This document shows, piece by piece, positions 9,896 through 18,032 of a stretch of DNA of 64,000 nt; the stretch's first letter is position 1; every line of letters begins with the position of its first letter. Below the pieces are notes generated by a model. That model ran no database searches and was not told where the DNA came from. It worked only from the letters and a program-made list of their open reading frames with translations. The stretch comes from Rhodothermales bacterium. Its GTDB lineage: Bacteria > Bacteroidota > Rhodothermia > Rhodothermales > Bin80. The stretch is from assembly GCA_963663495.1 (NCBI GenBank), contig OY760427.1, positions 62,080-126,079 on the forward strand, read 5' to 3'. Position numbers and translations under genes: made by a program.

Positions 9896-11125
9896 CTAGT
9901 GTTCCTTTGCGAAATCCACCGGATCCCAATCGTGTTGGACACCGACGAGCGAGGCGTACACCACTTCGGCAATCGCGGGGCGAATGATGGTATACGCATA
10001 ATTCCGCCGTGTGGGGTAGACTCGGTTGGTGAGGATGACAACCCAAGTGTCGGAATCGGGATCAATCCAAATGGATGTGCCTGTAAATCCTGTGTGGCCG
10101 TAGCTATGGGGGCCGAACAGCTGCCCGGCGCTTGAAGGCTTGTCGAGTGACTTGGTATCCCAGCCCAGCGCACGGGTAGATAGGGATTTGTCCTGCACAG
10201 CTGTAAATGTCTGAATAGTGGCGGCGTCAAGGAATCGCTCGCCTTCAAGGATGCCTTCCTGCGACATCATCCGGGCGAATCTGGACAGGTCATATGCGGT
10301 GGAAAAAAGGCCCGCGTGCCCTGATACGCCACCTAGGATCCACGCGTTCTCATCGTGCACTTCACCTTGGACGAGTCTGTTCCGGAAGGACATATCCCAT
10401 TCAGTAGGCACAACATCAGGGTCTCGTTTACCGGTGCCGCGAAAACCCGTGGCGTACATGCCCAGCGGTTCGAAGATGTGCTCCCTGGTAAAATCGTCAA
10501 AGGCCATCCCTGCGATTTTCTCAATCACCAATGCGAGCGTAATCATGCCAAAATCGCTGTAGGTATACTTATCACCGGGTAGTGAGCGCAAGGGGCCCGT
10601 AAAGATAGAGTCCAGTATCGCCGCCCTAGTTCGTTTGCCTTCCCGATAGAACGTGATATAGGCTTCCAGTCCACTGGTATGGGTCAGGAGGTGACGGATG
10701 GTGATATCCCTTTTGTCCGGTACATCAAACGCATCCAAGTAAGTACTGACAGAAGCGTTGAGATCCAGCTTGTCGTTTTCATACAACAGCATCGCGGCGG
10801 CGGTCGTGGCAATAACTTTGGTTAGAGAGGCCAGCCCGAACGGTGTATCTTCAGTCACCGGGCGCGGGGAGTCGTAGGTAAAGGTACCGTATCCATCCAG
10901 TACCTCCACTGTCCCTCTACGTCCGGCGGCGACGGCCGCTGCCGGGAACCAGCGCGCGTCTACGGCCATGTTTATGAGGTCGTCAACGGTTTCAAGGCTT
11001 GCGCCCGCGAAACGTGATGATAAGAATTCGTCTCGCACGCTCTCTACGGACCGTATTTGGCAGACGCTGCTTTCGGCAGCGGCGCAGGCGAGTACGATCA
11101 ATGTGAAGCGATAGCATGTCATCAT
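9896..11125 (-). CDS. serine hydrolase, class C beta-lactamase/PBP-like family
   Basis: 409 aa with a signal peptide. ASLTKV (SxxK), YSDFG and HTGFTGT motifs. Confidence 0.85.
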   Translation of the reverse strand: MMTCYRFTLIVLACAAAESSVCQIRSVESVRDEFLSSRFAGASLETVDDLINMAVDARWFPAAAVAAGRRGTVEVLDGYGTFTYDSPRPVTEDTPFGLASLTKVIATTAAAMLLYENDKLDLNASVSTYLDAFDVPDKRDITIRHLLTHTSGLEAYITFYREGKRTRAAILDSIFTGPLRSLPGDKYTYSDFGMITLALVIEKIAGMAFDDFTREHIFEPLGMYATGFRGTGKRDPDVVPTEWDMSFRNRLVQGEVHDENAWILGGVSGHAGLFSTAYDLSRFARMMSQEGILEGERFLDAATIQTFTAVQDKSLSTRALGWDTKSLDKPSSAGQLFGPHSYGHTGFTGTSIWIDPDSDTWVVILTNRVYPTRRNYAYTIIRPAIAEVVYASLVGVQHDWDPVDFAKEH

Positions 11126-11185
11126 ATGGCACCGTTGATACGATTATGCGTAACAGCAGCAAAGTTAATGGAAACCGAACTAGGG

Positions 11186-11551
11186 ATGCCTAAAATTACA
11201 GTAGAGGGATTCGATTCAATTGATGTTGCCGAGGGGAAGCGATTAGTGGTTGGGTTGGCAGAGGCGGGGGTTGATATCGGGCACCGCTGCGGTGGGTATG
11301 CGCGGTGTACTACATGCCGCGTGCGTGTGTACGAGGGAGAGCCTGATGTAATGACGATGGCTGAGCTTGAAAAGCTTCGTGGCGCCGGCCACCTGGGCAA
11401 GATTCGCCTCGCGTGCCAGATAATTGTTGAGGGGGATATGACGGTGGAGCCGCTTATGCGTGTATCCTCAATGGGTTGGTCGGATCCCGGCCCTCTTCCA
11501 GAGGAGACGGTTACTCCAGAACCGGAATGGACCCCGGTACCGGAGGTTTAG
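11186..11551 (+). CDS. 2Fe-2S ferredoxin-like protein
   Basis: MPKITVEG...HRCGGYARCTTCRV...LACQ Cys pattern. The start is moved to 11186 to avoid overlap with the divergent hydrolase gene. Confidence 0.7.
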   Translation: MPKITVEGFDSIDVAEGKRLVVGLAEAGVDIGHRCGGYARCTTCRVRVYEGEPDVMTMAELEKLRGAGHLGKIRLACQIIVEGDMTVEPLMRVSSMGWSDPGPLPEETVTPEPEWTPVPEV

Positions 11552-11564
11552 GGGTACCGGAAGT

Positions 11565-12671
11565 TCAGGTGGAGCGCACTGCCAGCTGCCCGCACGCGGC
11601 GTCAATGTCCGTGCCGCGGCTTTGCCTTACGGTGACGGTAACTCTCTGGCGTACCAATTCGCGGATGAAAGCATTGAGCTTATCGTCTGGCGTGCGCGTA
11701 TAAGGGAGTCCCTTGACGGGGTTGTACTGAATCAGGTTGACTTTGCTATGGATACGATGGCAGAGTGCTGCAAGGGCTTTGGCATCGTCCAAGGTATCGT
11801 TGAAGTCCCGAAACAGGCAATACTCAAAGGTGACAGGATTCCGGGTTATGGCGGTGTAGTGGACGAGGGCATCCCGCAGAGCGGTCAGGCTTGTGGCCCG
11901 GGACCGTACAGCGGGCATGATGGCATCCCGCTTATCCTGGAACGGGGCATGAAGTGAGACCGCGAGGTTTACGCGCGGACTGTCGTCTGCCAACTCCCGA
12001 ATTCTGCGAGCAAGTCCCACGGTGGAAACTGTGATGCGTCTCAAGGCTAACCCGAACGAATCGGGCCGGTTCAGCAGGTCCAAGCTCAGGACCACGTTTC
12101 GGTAGTTGAGCAGGGGTTCGCCCATGCCCATATACACGACGTTGGTTACCCGTTGTTTGTAGCGCTTAAGGGCAAGGTCGTTCAGGATACGTACCTGGTC
12201 GACTATGGCGCCGGCAGTCAGGTTTTCGCTGAAGCCCATGAGGCCCGTTGCACAGAAGGAGCATGCCATGGCGCACCCCACCTGGCTGGATACGCAGATC
12301 GTCACACGCCGGACATTGCCCGCGTCGTCAAAATCAGGGATTAGCACCGACTCCACCGTGCGGCCGGAGGGCAGCGTGAGTAGCATCTTCACCGTACCGT
12401 CGGTGGAGGTTCGGGTGACAGAGCAGGTCAGTATTCCGATACATGCGGCGCGGCGCAACCGATGGCGAAAGCGCAGTGGGAGGTTGTTCATTTCCTCAAA
12501 GGACGAGGCGCCTCGTCCGTGGACCCACTGAAGCAACTGCCTTCCACGATACCTTTCCTCGCCGAGTGAAATGGCCAGCGCTTCCAAATCTGACTGGCCA
12601 AGCCCCTTCAAGTCCACGAGGTTTCGGTGCTGCGCTGCAGTAATCTCTTTCGTTTCGTTGCTTCGCTTCAT
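11565..12671 (-). CDS. rlmN: 23S rRNA/tRNA (adenine-C2)-methyltransferase, radical SAM
   Basis: CVSSQVGCAMACSFCATG radical-SAM cluster motif and the C-terminal DIDAACGQL motif. Confidence 0.9.
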   Translation of the reverse strand: MKRSNETKEITAAQHRNLVDLKGLGQSDLEALAISLGEERYRGRQLLQWVHGRGASSFEEMNNLPLRFRHRLRRAACIGILTCSVTRTSTDGTVKMLLTLPSGRTVESVLIPDFDDAGNVRRVTICVSSQVGCAMACSFCATGLMGFSENLTAGAIVDQVRILNDLALKRYKQRVTNVVYMGMGEPLLNYRNVVLSLDLLNRPDSFGLALRRITVSTVGLARRIRELADDSPRVNLAVSLHAPFQDKRDAIMPAVRSRATSLTALRDALVHYTAITRNPVTFEYCLFRDFNDTLDDAKALAALCHRIHSKVNLIQYNPVKGLPYTRTPDDKLNAFIRELVRQRVTVTVRQSRGTDIDAACGQLAVRST

Positions 12672-12685
12672 ACATTGCTCTTATA

Positions 12686-13135
12686 ATGAGGTCATCGCTC
12701 CTTTCAAACCGCTCTGTTATGCATAAATCGTTATTCCTTTCCGTGTGTCTTTCTCTTCCCATGGCAGTGCCCACTTTGGCACAAAAGCCGGCAAACATTC
12801 TGGAAGGCAGTTGGAGGATGGTGTCTCAGCGGGAGGTGTACCCTGACACCGTCAATGTTACTGTCAACCCTCCGCCGTCTATCAAGATTCTAAACTCCAC
12901 TCACTTTTCCTGGGGGTATCAGTCGGATGATGGTGAAGAGGTGATAGCTGGTGGGGGGCGCTATACATTTGAGGGGGATAGCCTCTATACGGAGTTTCTG
13001 GAATACCATGTTTCTCCGGTTTATGTAGGACTTGCGCTGGAGTTTTCCGCCAGCATAGTAGGCGATTTGTGGTATCACGTCGGCGAGTTTCCGAGTGGTT
13101 TTCGCTTGGAAGAAGTGTGGAGGCGCATTGAGTAG
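12686..13135 (+). CDS. small secreted lipocalin-like protein
   Basis: Signal peptide followed by GSWRMVSQ...STHFSWGY...GGGRYTFEGDSLYTE, a beta-rich pattern. The function is not recognised. Confidence 0.5.
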   Translation: MRSSLLSNRSVMHKSLFLSVCLSLPMAVPTLAQKPANILEGSWRMVSQREVYPDTVNVTVNPPPSIKILNSTHFSWGYQSDDGEEVIAGGGRYTFEGDSLYTEFLEYHVSPVYVGLALEFSASIVGDLWYHVGEFPSGFRLEEVWRRIE

Positions 13136-13236
13136 TACAATCGGTTTTGTATTCCACGATAGGGTGCTTATACCTTGCGGGTGAATAGCCCGCTCGTTTC
13201 TCCAGTTGGTAGCGGTCATGGGTATGCATGGAGACA

Positions 13237-13503
13237 ACAGCACACGCTTCAGCAAAGATCAGAAGCTCTCTGCGCCATTGGTGTGGACCTGCTCACGAAC
13301 GTATTCGCCAACAGAGTGACGTACGTAGGCGTGGTTGTTGCGGCCCCGGTATGCTGGCGAGCCATCCGTATAGACCTCGGTGTCTTCCGAGACATGGGTA
13401 TCCACAAACGCATTGAGCGTTTGCCCGTCTGTATTTTCTACTACCTGGGCAGAAATGCTATCGGTGACACGATCACGGACTCCTACAACGGCTTTCTTAC
13501 CGT
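13237..13503 (-). pseudogene. internal fragment of an IS1595-family transposase gene
   Basis: A near-identical reverse-complement copy of 14230-14500. The antisense ORFs 13175..13516 and 14146..14352 share ...GIHKRIERL..YYLGRNAIGDTITDSYNGFLT. Confidence 0.8.
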
Positions 13504-13587
13504 ATCCGTCCGGTGAAGTACATTATAAACGAGGGCATTTACTCTCTCAATTAGAGTAAGTTAGACCGCGATCCGAAGGTTAAATAG

Positions 13588-14659
13588 GGGAGTTATATAG
13601 CTGACTTCCCACGCGTTAAATTGTTGAAATAATTGCAGTTTGGTCGCGATTAGCGGGAACCGACTATACCGAAAATGGGCACCATCCCGTGATAGATTGA
13701 TGACCTAACTAAATGCCTTCAAAGAACAGAAACAACAGAAACACCAATGGCCCTGGACGGGCTGATCGTGAAGGAGTGTCCTTGATCAAGCTAACCAAAA
13801 TGTTTCCAGACGACCCATCAGCCGAAGCATGGTTCGCAATGAAGCGTTGGGGGCGACACTCCTGTTTGCCCGCACTGTGCGTCTAAGAACGTACAGTCTG
13901 GCGCCAAACATCCTAGCATGCCTTATCGTTGCCGTAGTTGCCGTAAACGATTCAGTGTCCGCATAGGGACTGTAATGCAGGACTCCAAACTGGGATACCA
14001 GGTATGGGCATTAGCCATTTACATCATGACTACCAGTATCAAGGGCGTATCCAGCATGAAGCTGCATCGTGACCTTGGCATAACCCAGACGACAGCGTGG
14101 CATCTGGCCCACCGTATTCGACAATCATGGAATGGAGAGCATGCACTATTTGCCGGTCCGGTAGAGGTTGACGAAGCCTACTTCGGTGGCAAGGAAAAGA
14201 ACAAGCACGCCAGCAAGAAGCTGAAAGCAGGCCGTGGGCCAGTAGGTAAGAAAGCCGTTGTAGGAGTCCGTGATCGTGTCACCAATAGCATTTCTGCCCA
14301 GGTAGTAGAAAACATAGACGGACAGACGCTCAATGCGTTTGTGGATACCCATGTCTCGGAAGACACCGAGGTCTATACGGATGGCACGTCAGCATACCGG
14401 GGCCGCAACAACCACGCCTACGTACGTCACTCTGTTGGCGAATACGTTCGTGAGCAGGTCCATACCAATGGCGTAGAGAGCTTCTGGTCTTTGCTGAAGC
14501 GTGGGTACTACGGAACGTACCACCACATGAGCAAGAAACACCTACAGCGGTACGTGAACGAATTTGCAGGGCGACACAATGCACGCGACTACGACACAGC
14601 GGAGCAAATGACAATAATTGCTCAAGGACTGGTCGGTAAACGGCTCATGTACAAATCCC
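13588..14659 (+). mobile_element. IS1595-family insertion sequence (about 1.07 kb)
   Basis: IRL is GGGAGTTATATAG. The candidate degenerate IRR is ...CATGTACAAATCCC, ending at 14659. It encodes an ISXO2-like DDE transposase. Confidence 0.6.
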
Positions 14660-14670
14660 TCATTTCATAG
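13918..14670 (+). CDS. IS1595-family (ISXO2-like DDE) transposase; the N-terminal zinc-ribbon exon is separated by an apparent 1-nt frameshift
   Basis: VEVDEAYFGGKEKNK...VYTDGTSAYRG...HTNGVESFWSLLKRGYYGTYHHMSKKHLQRYVNEFAGRHN. Upstream, MFPDDPSAEAWFAMKRWG (ATG at 13800) runs into the out-of-frame GDTPVCPHCASKNVQSGAKHPS at a G-run near 13850. Confidence 0.8.
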   Translation: MPYRCRSCRKRFSVRIGTVMQDSKLGYQVWALAIYIMTTSIKGVSSMKLHRDLGITQTTAWHLAHRIRQSWNGEHALFAGPVEVDEAYFGGKEKNKHASKKLKAGRGPVGKKAVVGVRDRVTNSISAQVVENIDGQTLNAFVDTHVSEDTEVYTDGTSAYRGRNNHAYVRHSVGEYVREQVHTNGVESFWSLLKRGYYGTYHHMSKKHLQRYVNEFAGRHNARDYDTAEQMTIIAQGLVGKRLMYKSLIS

Positions 14671-14742
14671 CCAAACGTAAGCGGTAACGTATCAAGCCAT
14701 CCGTACTCATGCGCATTCCGGGCATCGGTCAGCTACAATTGC

Positions 14743-14919
14743 TTGCTCGTGGACGGAGAACGGAGACGAACGGGCCGCGCAATACTGCGCCTGCAAGGCT
14801 TCCCCGACAGCTACGAGATTGACAGTCCGATAACGACCGTCAGACGGCTTACTGGCAACGCCGTACCCATTCCGGTGGTCAGGGCCGTTATGCGCCAGCT
14901 TTTCCATGTCTGTGCTTGA
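14743..14919 (+). pseudogene. C-terminal fragment of a DNA (cytosine-5) methyltransferase
   Basis: Hand translation gives ...GERRRTGRAILRLQGFPDSYEIDSPITTVRRLTGNAVPIPVVRAVMRQLF*. The RLQGFPD.Y and GNAVP motifs correspond to Dcm motifs IX-X. No N-terminal catalytic part is present. Confidence 0.55.
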
Positions 14920-15277
14920 TGGCCCGCGTCTCATGGGTTCGTCCGGTGCGCTTCGTGGCCCGTACCGGGGTCCGCCCAGTACTTCCGCATTGTCAAGAGC
15001 GTCCCGATATAAGCCAAGGAATCGGTCCTGAAGTTGATCGACTGTCGTGAAAACTGGATCGCAATGTATGCAGCCTCCTACTCTAAGCAGATATCCGCCA
15101 TGAAATCATTTCGGTATTCTGCCCCAATGGATTAGTGCTACTCTATAGCCTATGACACCATGAGCATAGATAAATCCCCGAAGCCCGGTAACAAGATTCA
15201 GGAAACGAAACGCCCCGGCCGCCCCGTAACAAACGACATTCTCAATATCCAACAATCCATCCCTACCATACCGGAAG

Positions 15278-15363
15278 AACTGGCGAAAGCCATCCTGTCC
15301 GCACCACCAAAGCACAAAAAGTAACGCCCGCGAAAACGCGTGGCACTCAGCCATATAACTCCC
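15278..15363 (-). repeat. solo outer left-end fragment of the tnpB unit
   Basis: ...AACTGGCGAAAGCCATCCTGTC.GCACCACCAAAGCACAA..GTAAC.CC.GCGAAAACGCGTGGCACTCAGCCATATAACTCCC matches 57100-57186 and the reverse complement of 15833-15925. Confidence 0.7.
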
Positions 15364-15832
15364 AAATGCATGCAGAGGAGCAGTCATTTCCGATACTTCG
15401 GAGAAAATATCAGAAGACCGGTGCGCCTCGGCGATCTCGGCGTCCGTCAATCCCTCAATGATCTGCATCGGTGCGGCAGCACGCATCGCCCGGTCAAGCG
15501 GGTCCCTTAGGAAAAGGCTACTATGTTCGTTTGTCCTCTGCACAGCGCGAGCCACCCACTCGCCGAACAGGCTGTCGCCGCATCGGAGATGATGATCAAG
15601 AAAGCTTAGCGGAGCGCCGACGGTGAAGGTGTGGAGCCAAAGCGACACCTTGGCCAGCTCTACCGCCATTGGGATCTTATCAACACCGTAGACGCACCGC
15701 TTGAGCACCATGCGACGGATAATGTGCTGATCGTCAAGCTGATCCGTATTGTATGCCCGGCCCTTGTCCTCCGCGTTACCAATGATCTTATTGCGGATAG
15801 CGTCAATCCTCTCTGCAAGCGGAGAAATATAT
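15364..15832 (-). pseudogene. internal fragment of a type IIG / PglX-like N6-adenine DNA methyltransferase
   Basis: YISPLAERIDAIRNKI...RRMVLKRCVYGVDKIPMAVELAKVSLWLHTFTVGAPLSFLDHHLRCGDSLFGEW. It is bounded on both sides by outward-facing tnpB-unit left ends. Confidence 0.6.
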
Positions 15833-17298
15833 GGGAGTTATATGGCTGAATGCCACGCGTTTTCGCAGGAGTTACTTATTGTGTTATTGTGCTTTGGTGG
15901 TGCAGACAGGATGGCTTTCGCCAGTTGTTCATAATCGGTTCCCGCTTTTCACGAAGAAACTGCAATTATTTCAAATAACCCAACACGTGGGTACGCATGG
16001 AATATAATTATCATATATTAGGGAGTTGTATATCACAGTGCCATGCCCGAAACGGTTAGTGCATACCGCAATATCACATACAGGCTGTTGCCCGGAAGTC
16101 GAAGTAACGCCAAGCAACTTGCTGGATTAGCGGGTGCGTGTAGGTTTGTGTGGAATGCCATCCTCGCAGAGCAGAGCGAGGCCTACAAGAAAGCGAAAGA
16201 GGCTGGAGAGAAGCCGCCCTCGGTAAGCTTCTACTCGCTGGGGAAGCGGTTCACGGCACTGCGCCGTACGGTCGAGTGGCTACCTGAATACTCCTTTGGT
16301 GTCGTTAGATACACATTGAAATATCAGGCGGACGCATGGAAGGCATTCTTCAAGGAAGGTAAGAGAAGACCGAGATTCCATTCCAGACGTGGTAGTACGC
16401 CTTCGTTCACGATCCCGGATAACGTAAGGGTTCGGGATGGCAAGCTGTATATCCCGAAAGTGGGATATATGGCGCTCCGCAGGCGGGGAGGCAACCCGTA
16501 CCCTGATGGTATACCCATCAAAGCCACTGTAAAGAAGAACGCCGGCAAATGGTATGCTGTCATCTGCTACAAGATTGAGGCACCTGTAATAGAGGATACC
16601 GGCAGTGCTGTAGGCATTGACCGTAATTGCGGGCAGATCGCTATGGTCTCCACAGAGGGCGATACAAGCATTATCAGACAACCGGATACCAAGCGTCTTG
16701 ATGCCAAGTTGAAGCGGCATCAGCGAAGACTGGCGAGACAGAAGAAAGGCTCCAACCGTCGTAACAGGCGGAAGCATAGAATCGCCCGCATACAGCGCAA
16801 GCGTGCTAACGTCCTCAAGAATGCGAACCACCAGGTAAGTCGCAGTATTGCCAATTGCTCCTCAACGGTGATACTGGAGGACCTAAAGATCAAAGCGATG
16901 ACACATTCAGCTAAGGGGACGATGGAGAGCTTTGGCACAAACGTCAGACAGAAGTCTGGCCTCAACCGTGGAATACTGCGAACAGGTTGGGGCCAGCTGG
17001 AACAGATGCTGGGCTATAAGTGCCGCAAGGTGATAAAGGTTACCGCTGCCTATACCAGTCAGCGGTGTTCTGTGTGTGGACACACAGAAGCGAGTAACCG
17101 TAAGACGCGGAGCAAATTCACGTGTATGTCCTGTGGACATGCGGATCATGCAGACCTGAATGCGGCTGCAAACATACTGGCCTCCGGGATTGGGGCTTCT
17201 GCACGGCGAGGGGCGTTCGGGTTACCGACCCCTATGACCCGTGAAATTGATACTAGTGCCTCACTGTGTACAGTTGGTCACTCACGTATATAATTCCC
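15833..17298 (+). mobile_element. tnpB unit copy 1 (intact): TIR-bounded 1.47-kb element carrying only tnpB
   Basis: Ends GGGAGTTATATGGCTGA... and ...TCACGTATATAATTCCC. The boundaries were defined by alignment with copy 2 (44700-57186). Confidence 0.8.
16043..17293 (+). CDS. tnpB: TnpB (IS605 OrfB-type RNA-guided nuclease), catalytic residues present
   Basis: 416 aa. RuvC-I is AVGIDRNCG, RuvC-II is VILEDLK and RuvC-III is HADHADLNAAANI. The zinc finger is CSVCGH...CMSCGH. Confidence 0.9.
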   Translation: MPETVSAYRNITYRLLPGSRSNAKQLAGLAGACRFVWNAILAEQSEAYKKAKEAGEKPPSVSFYSLGKRFTALRRTVEWLPEYSFGVVRYTLKYQADAWKAFFKEGKRRPRFHSRRGSTPSFTIPDNVRVRDGKLYIPKVGYMALRRRGGNPYPDGIPIKATVKKNAGKWYAVICYKIEAPVIEDTGSAVGIDRNCGQIAMVSTEGDTSIIRQPDTKRLDAKLKRHQRRLARQKKGSNRRNRRKHRIARIQRKRANVLKNANHQVSRSIANCSSTVILEDLKIKAMTHSAKGTMESFGTNVRQKSGLNRGILRTGWGQLEQMLGYKCRKVIKVTAAYTSQRCSVCGHTEASNRKTRSKFTCMSCGHADHADLNAAANILASGIGASARRGAFGLPTPMTREIDTSASLCTVGHSRI

Positions 17299-17314
17299 TT
17301 AAATAGGCTGGCGG
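17130..17314 (+). ncRNA. predicted omega (right-end) guide RNA of TnpB, scaffold plus flank-derived guide
   Basis: The call rests only on analogy with characterised TnpB elements, where the RNA overlaps the 3' end of tnpB and reads into the flank. The flank here is TTAAATAGGCTGGCGG. No conserved structure was verified. Confidence 0.3.
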
Positions 17315-18032
17315 TTGGGCGTGCAGGAGTCAAGTACCTGGCAGCGTGTTCGCAGACTAGTACACGGATCTATCTGATAGCCCGGGCTACCCGATAGGCC
17401 TCGAAACGGGTAATGCGAGTGTCGACCTTCCGGTGATATGAGGAAGACCGATGCGGTTTCGGCAAGAGTGCGATACAAGCACAGAGATCGACTCGCCGGG
17501 GTATTGGCGCTGGCACGCATGGAAGATCAGGGAAGCAGCAACACGGGAAGCCCTGTTGATGGTGGGCTCACCAACCGGAAGCTTGTAAGAGCCAGGCCGG
17601 GTCATCAGGGTGGCGGAGTGGTCCGTAGTACCGTTGATGCGGGGTAATGCCCGCGGAGGGAAGGGGCCGCAGGTGCGGAGCGGTGTGCAAAGAGGGAAGG
17701 GCTACGGTAAATGGTAACGTCTTCCAAACCGGTTAATGGTCAGGGACCTCAGCGACATCACATGCGAAAGTGAAGGAAGCCTACCCCGGGAAGCCGGGGT
17801 AGGTGTTAGTTGAGGCGTAAACAGGCTTAGCTGCGAGTTGTAGGGAATGTCGGGCAGGCGTTGGAGGGTGCTCACCTTCATTAGGCATTGCCTCTCATTT
17901 CAGATGGCTTTTCCGAGTGCGAGTTGCATGATCCGCCTGGAGAGCCCGGTGCGGGAAAACCGCACGCCGCCCGGAAACGTGCTCTACGGAGTAACGCGCC
18001 GCTCGCCGACTCTACGGACGGATACCTTTTAG

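Larger units (their letters stand above)
13588..17298 (+). mobile_element. 3.7-kb IS1595-type compound unit (IS1595 element + captured DNA + tnpB unit) flanked by the 8-bp TSD TTAAATAG
   Basis: Left tip GGGAGTTATATAGCTGA at 13588. Right tip ...CACGTATATAATTCCC at 17298, which is an inverted repeat of the left tip. The flanks TTAAATAG at 13580-13587 and 17299-17306 are identical. Confidence 0.6.

Noticed and set aside
15106-15711. The 201-aa ORF taken at face value as one gene.
   Set aside because: It is a chimera. Residues encoded by 15364-15711 are a methyltransferase fragment whose frame actually extends upstream to 15832. The remainder is read-through into the solo left-end repeat (15278-15363) and unrelated DNA.
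15825-17306. An 8-bp target duplication flanking tnpB unit copy 1 on its own.
   Set aside because: The flanks are ...GAAATATAT on the left and TTAAATAG on the right, and they do not match. The right flank instead pairs with the flank of the IS1595 left end at 13580, which defines the larger 3.7-kb unit.
17307-18027. ORF-less group II intron. The idea came from the many GNRA-like loops, GC-rich helices and a GAGCCCGGUGCGGGAAAACCGCACGCCGCCCGG stretch that resembles domain V.
   Set aside because: There is no GUGYG 5' end at a sensible position. The candidate domain V cannot form the 34-nt hairpin with an AGC triad in a paired lower helix and a 2-nt bulge, because its 3' strand mismatches at 4 of 9 positions. 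No reverse transcriptase or maturase is present, and there is no credible domain VI bulged A.
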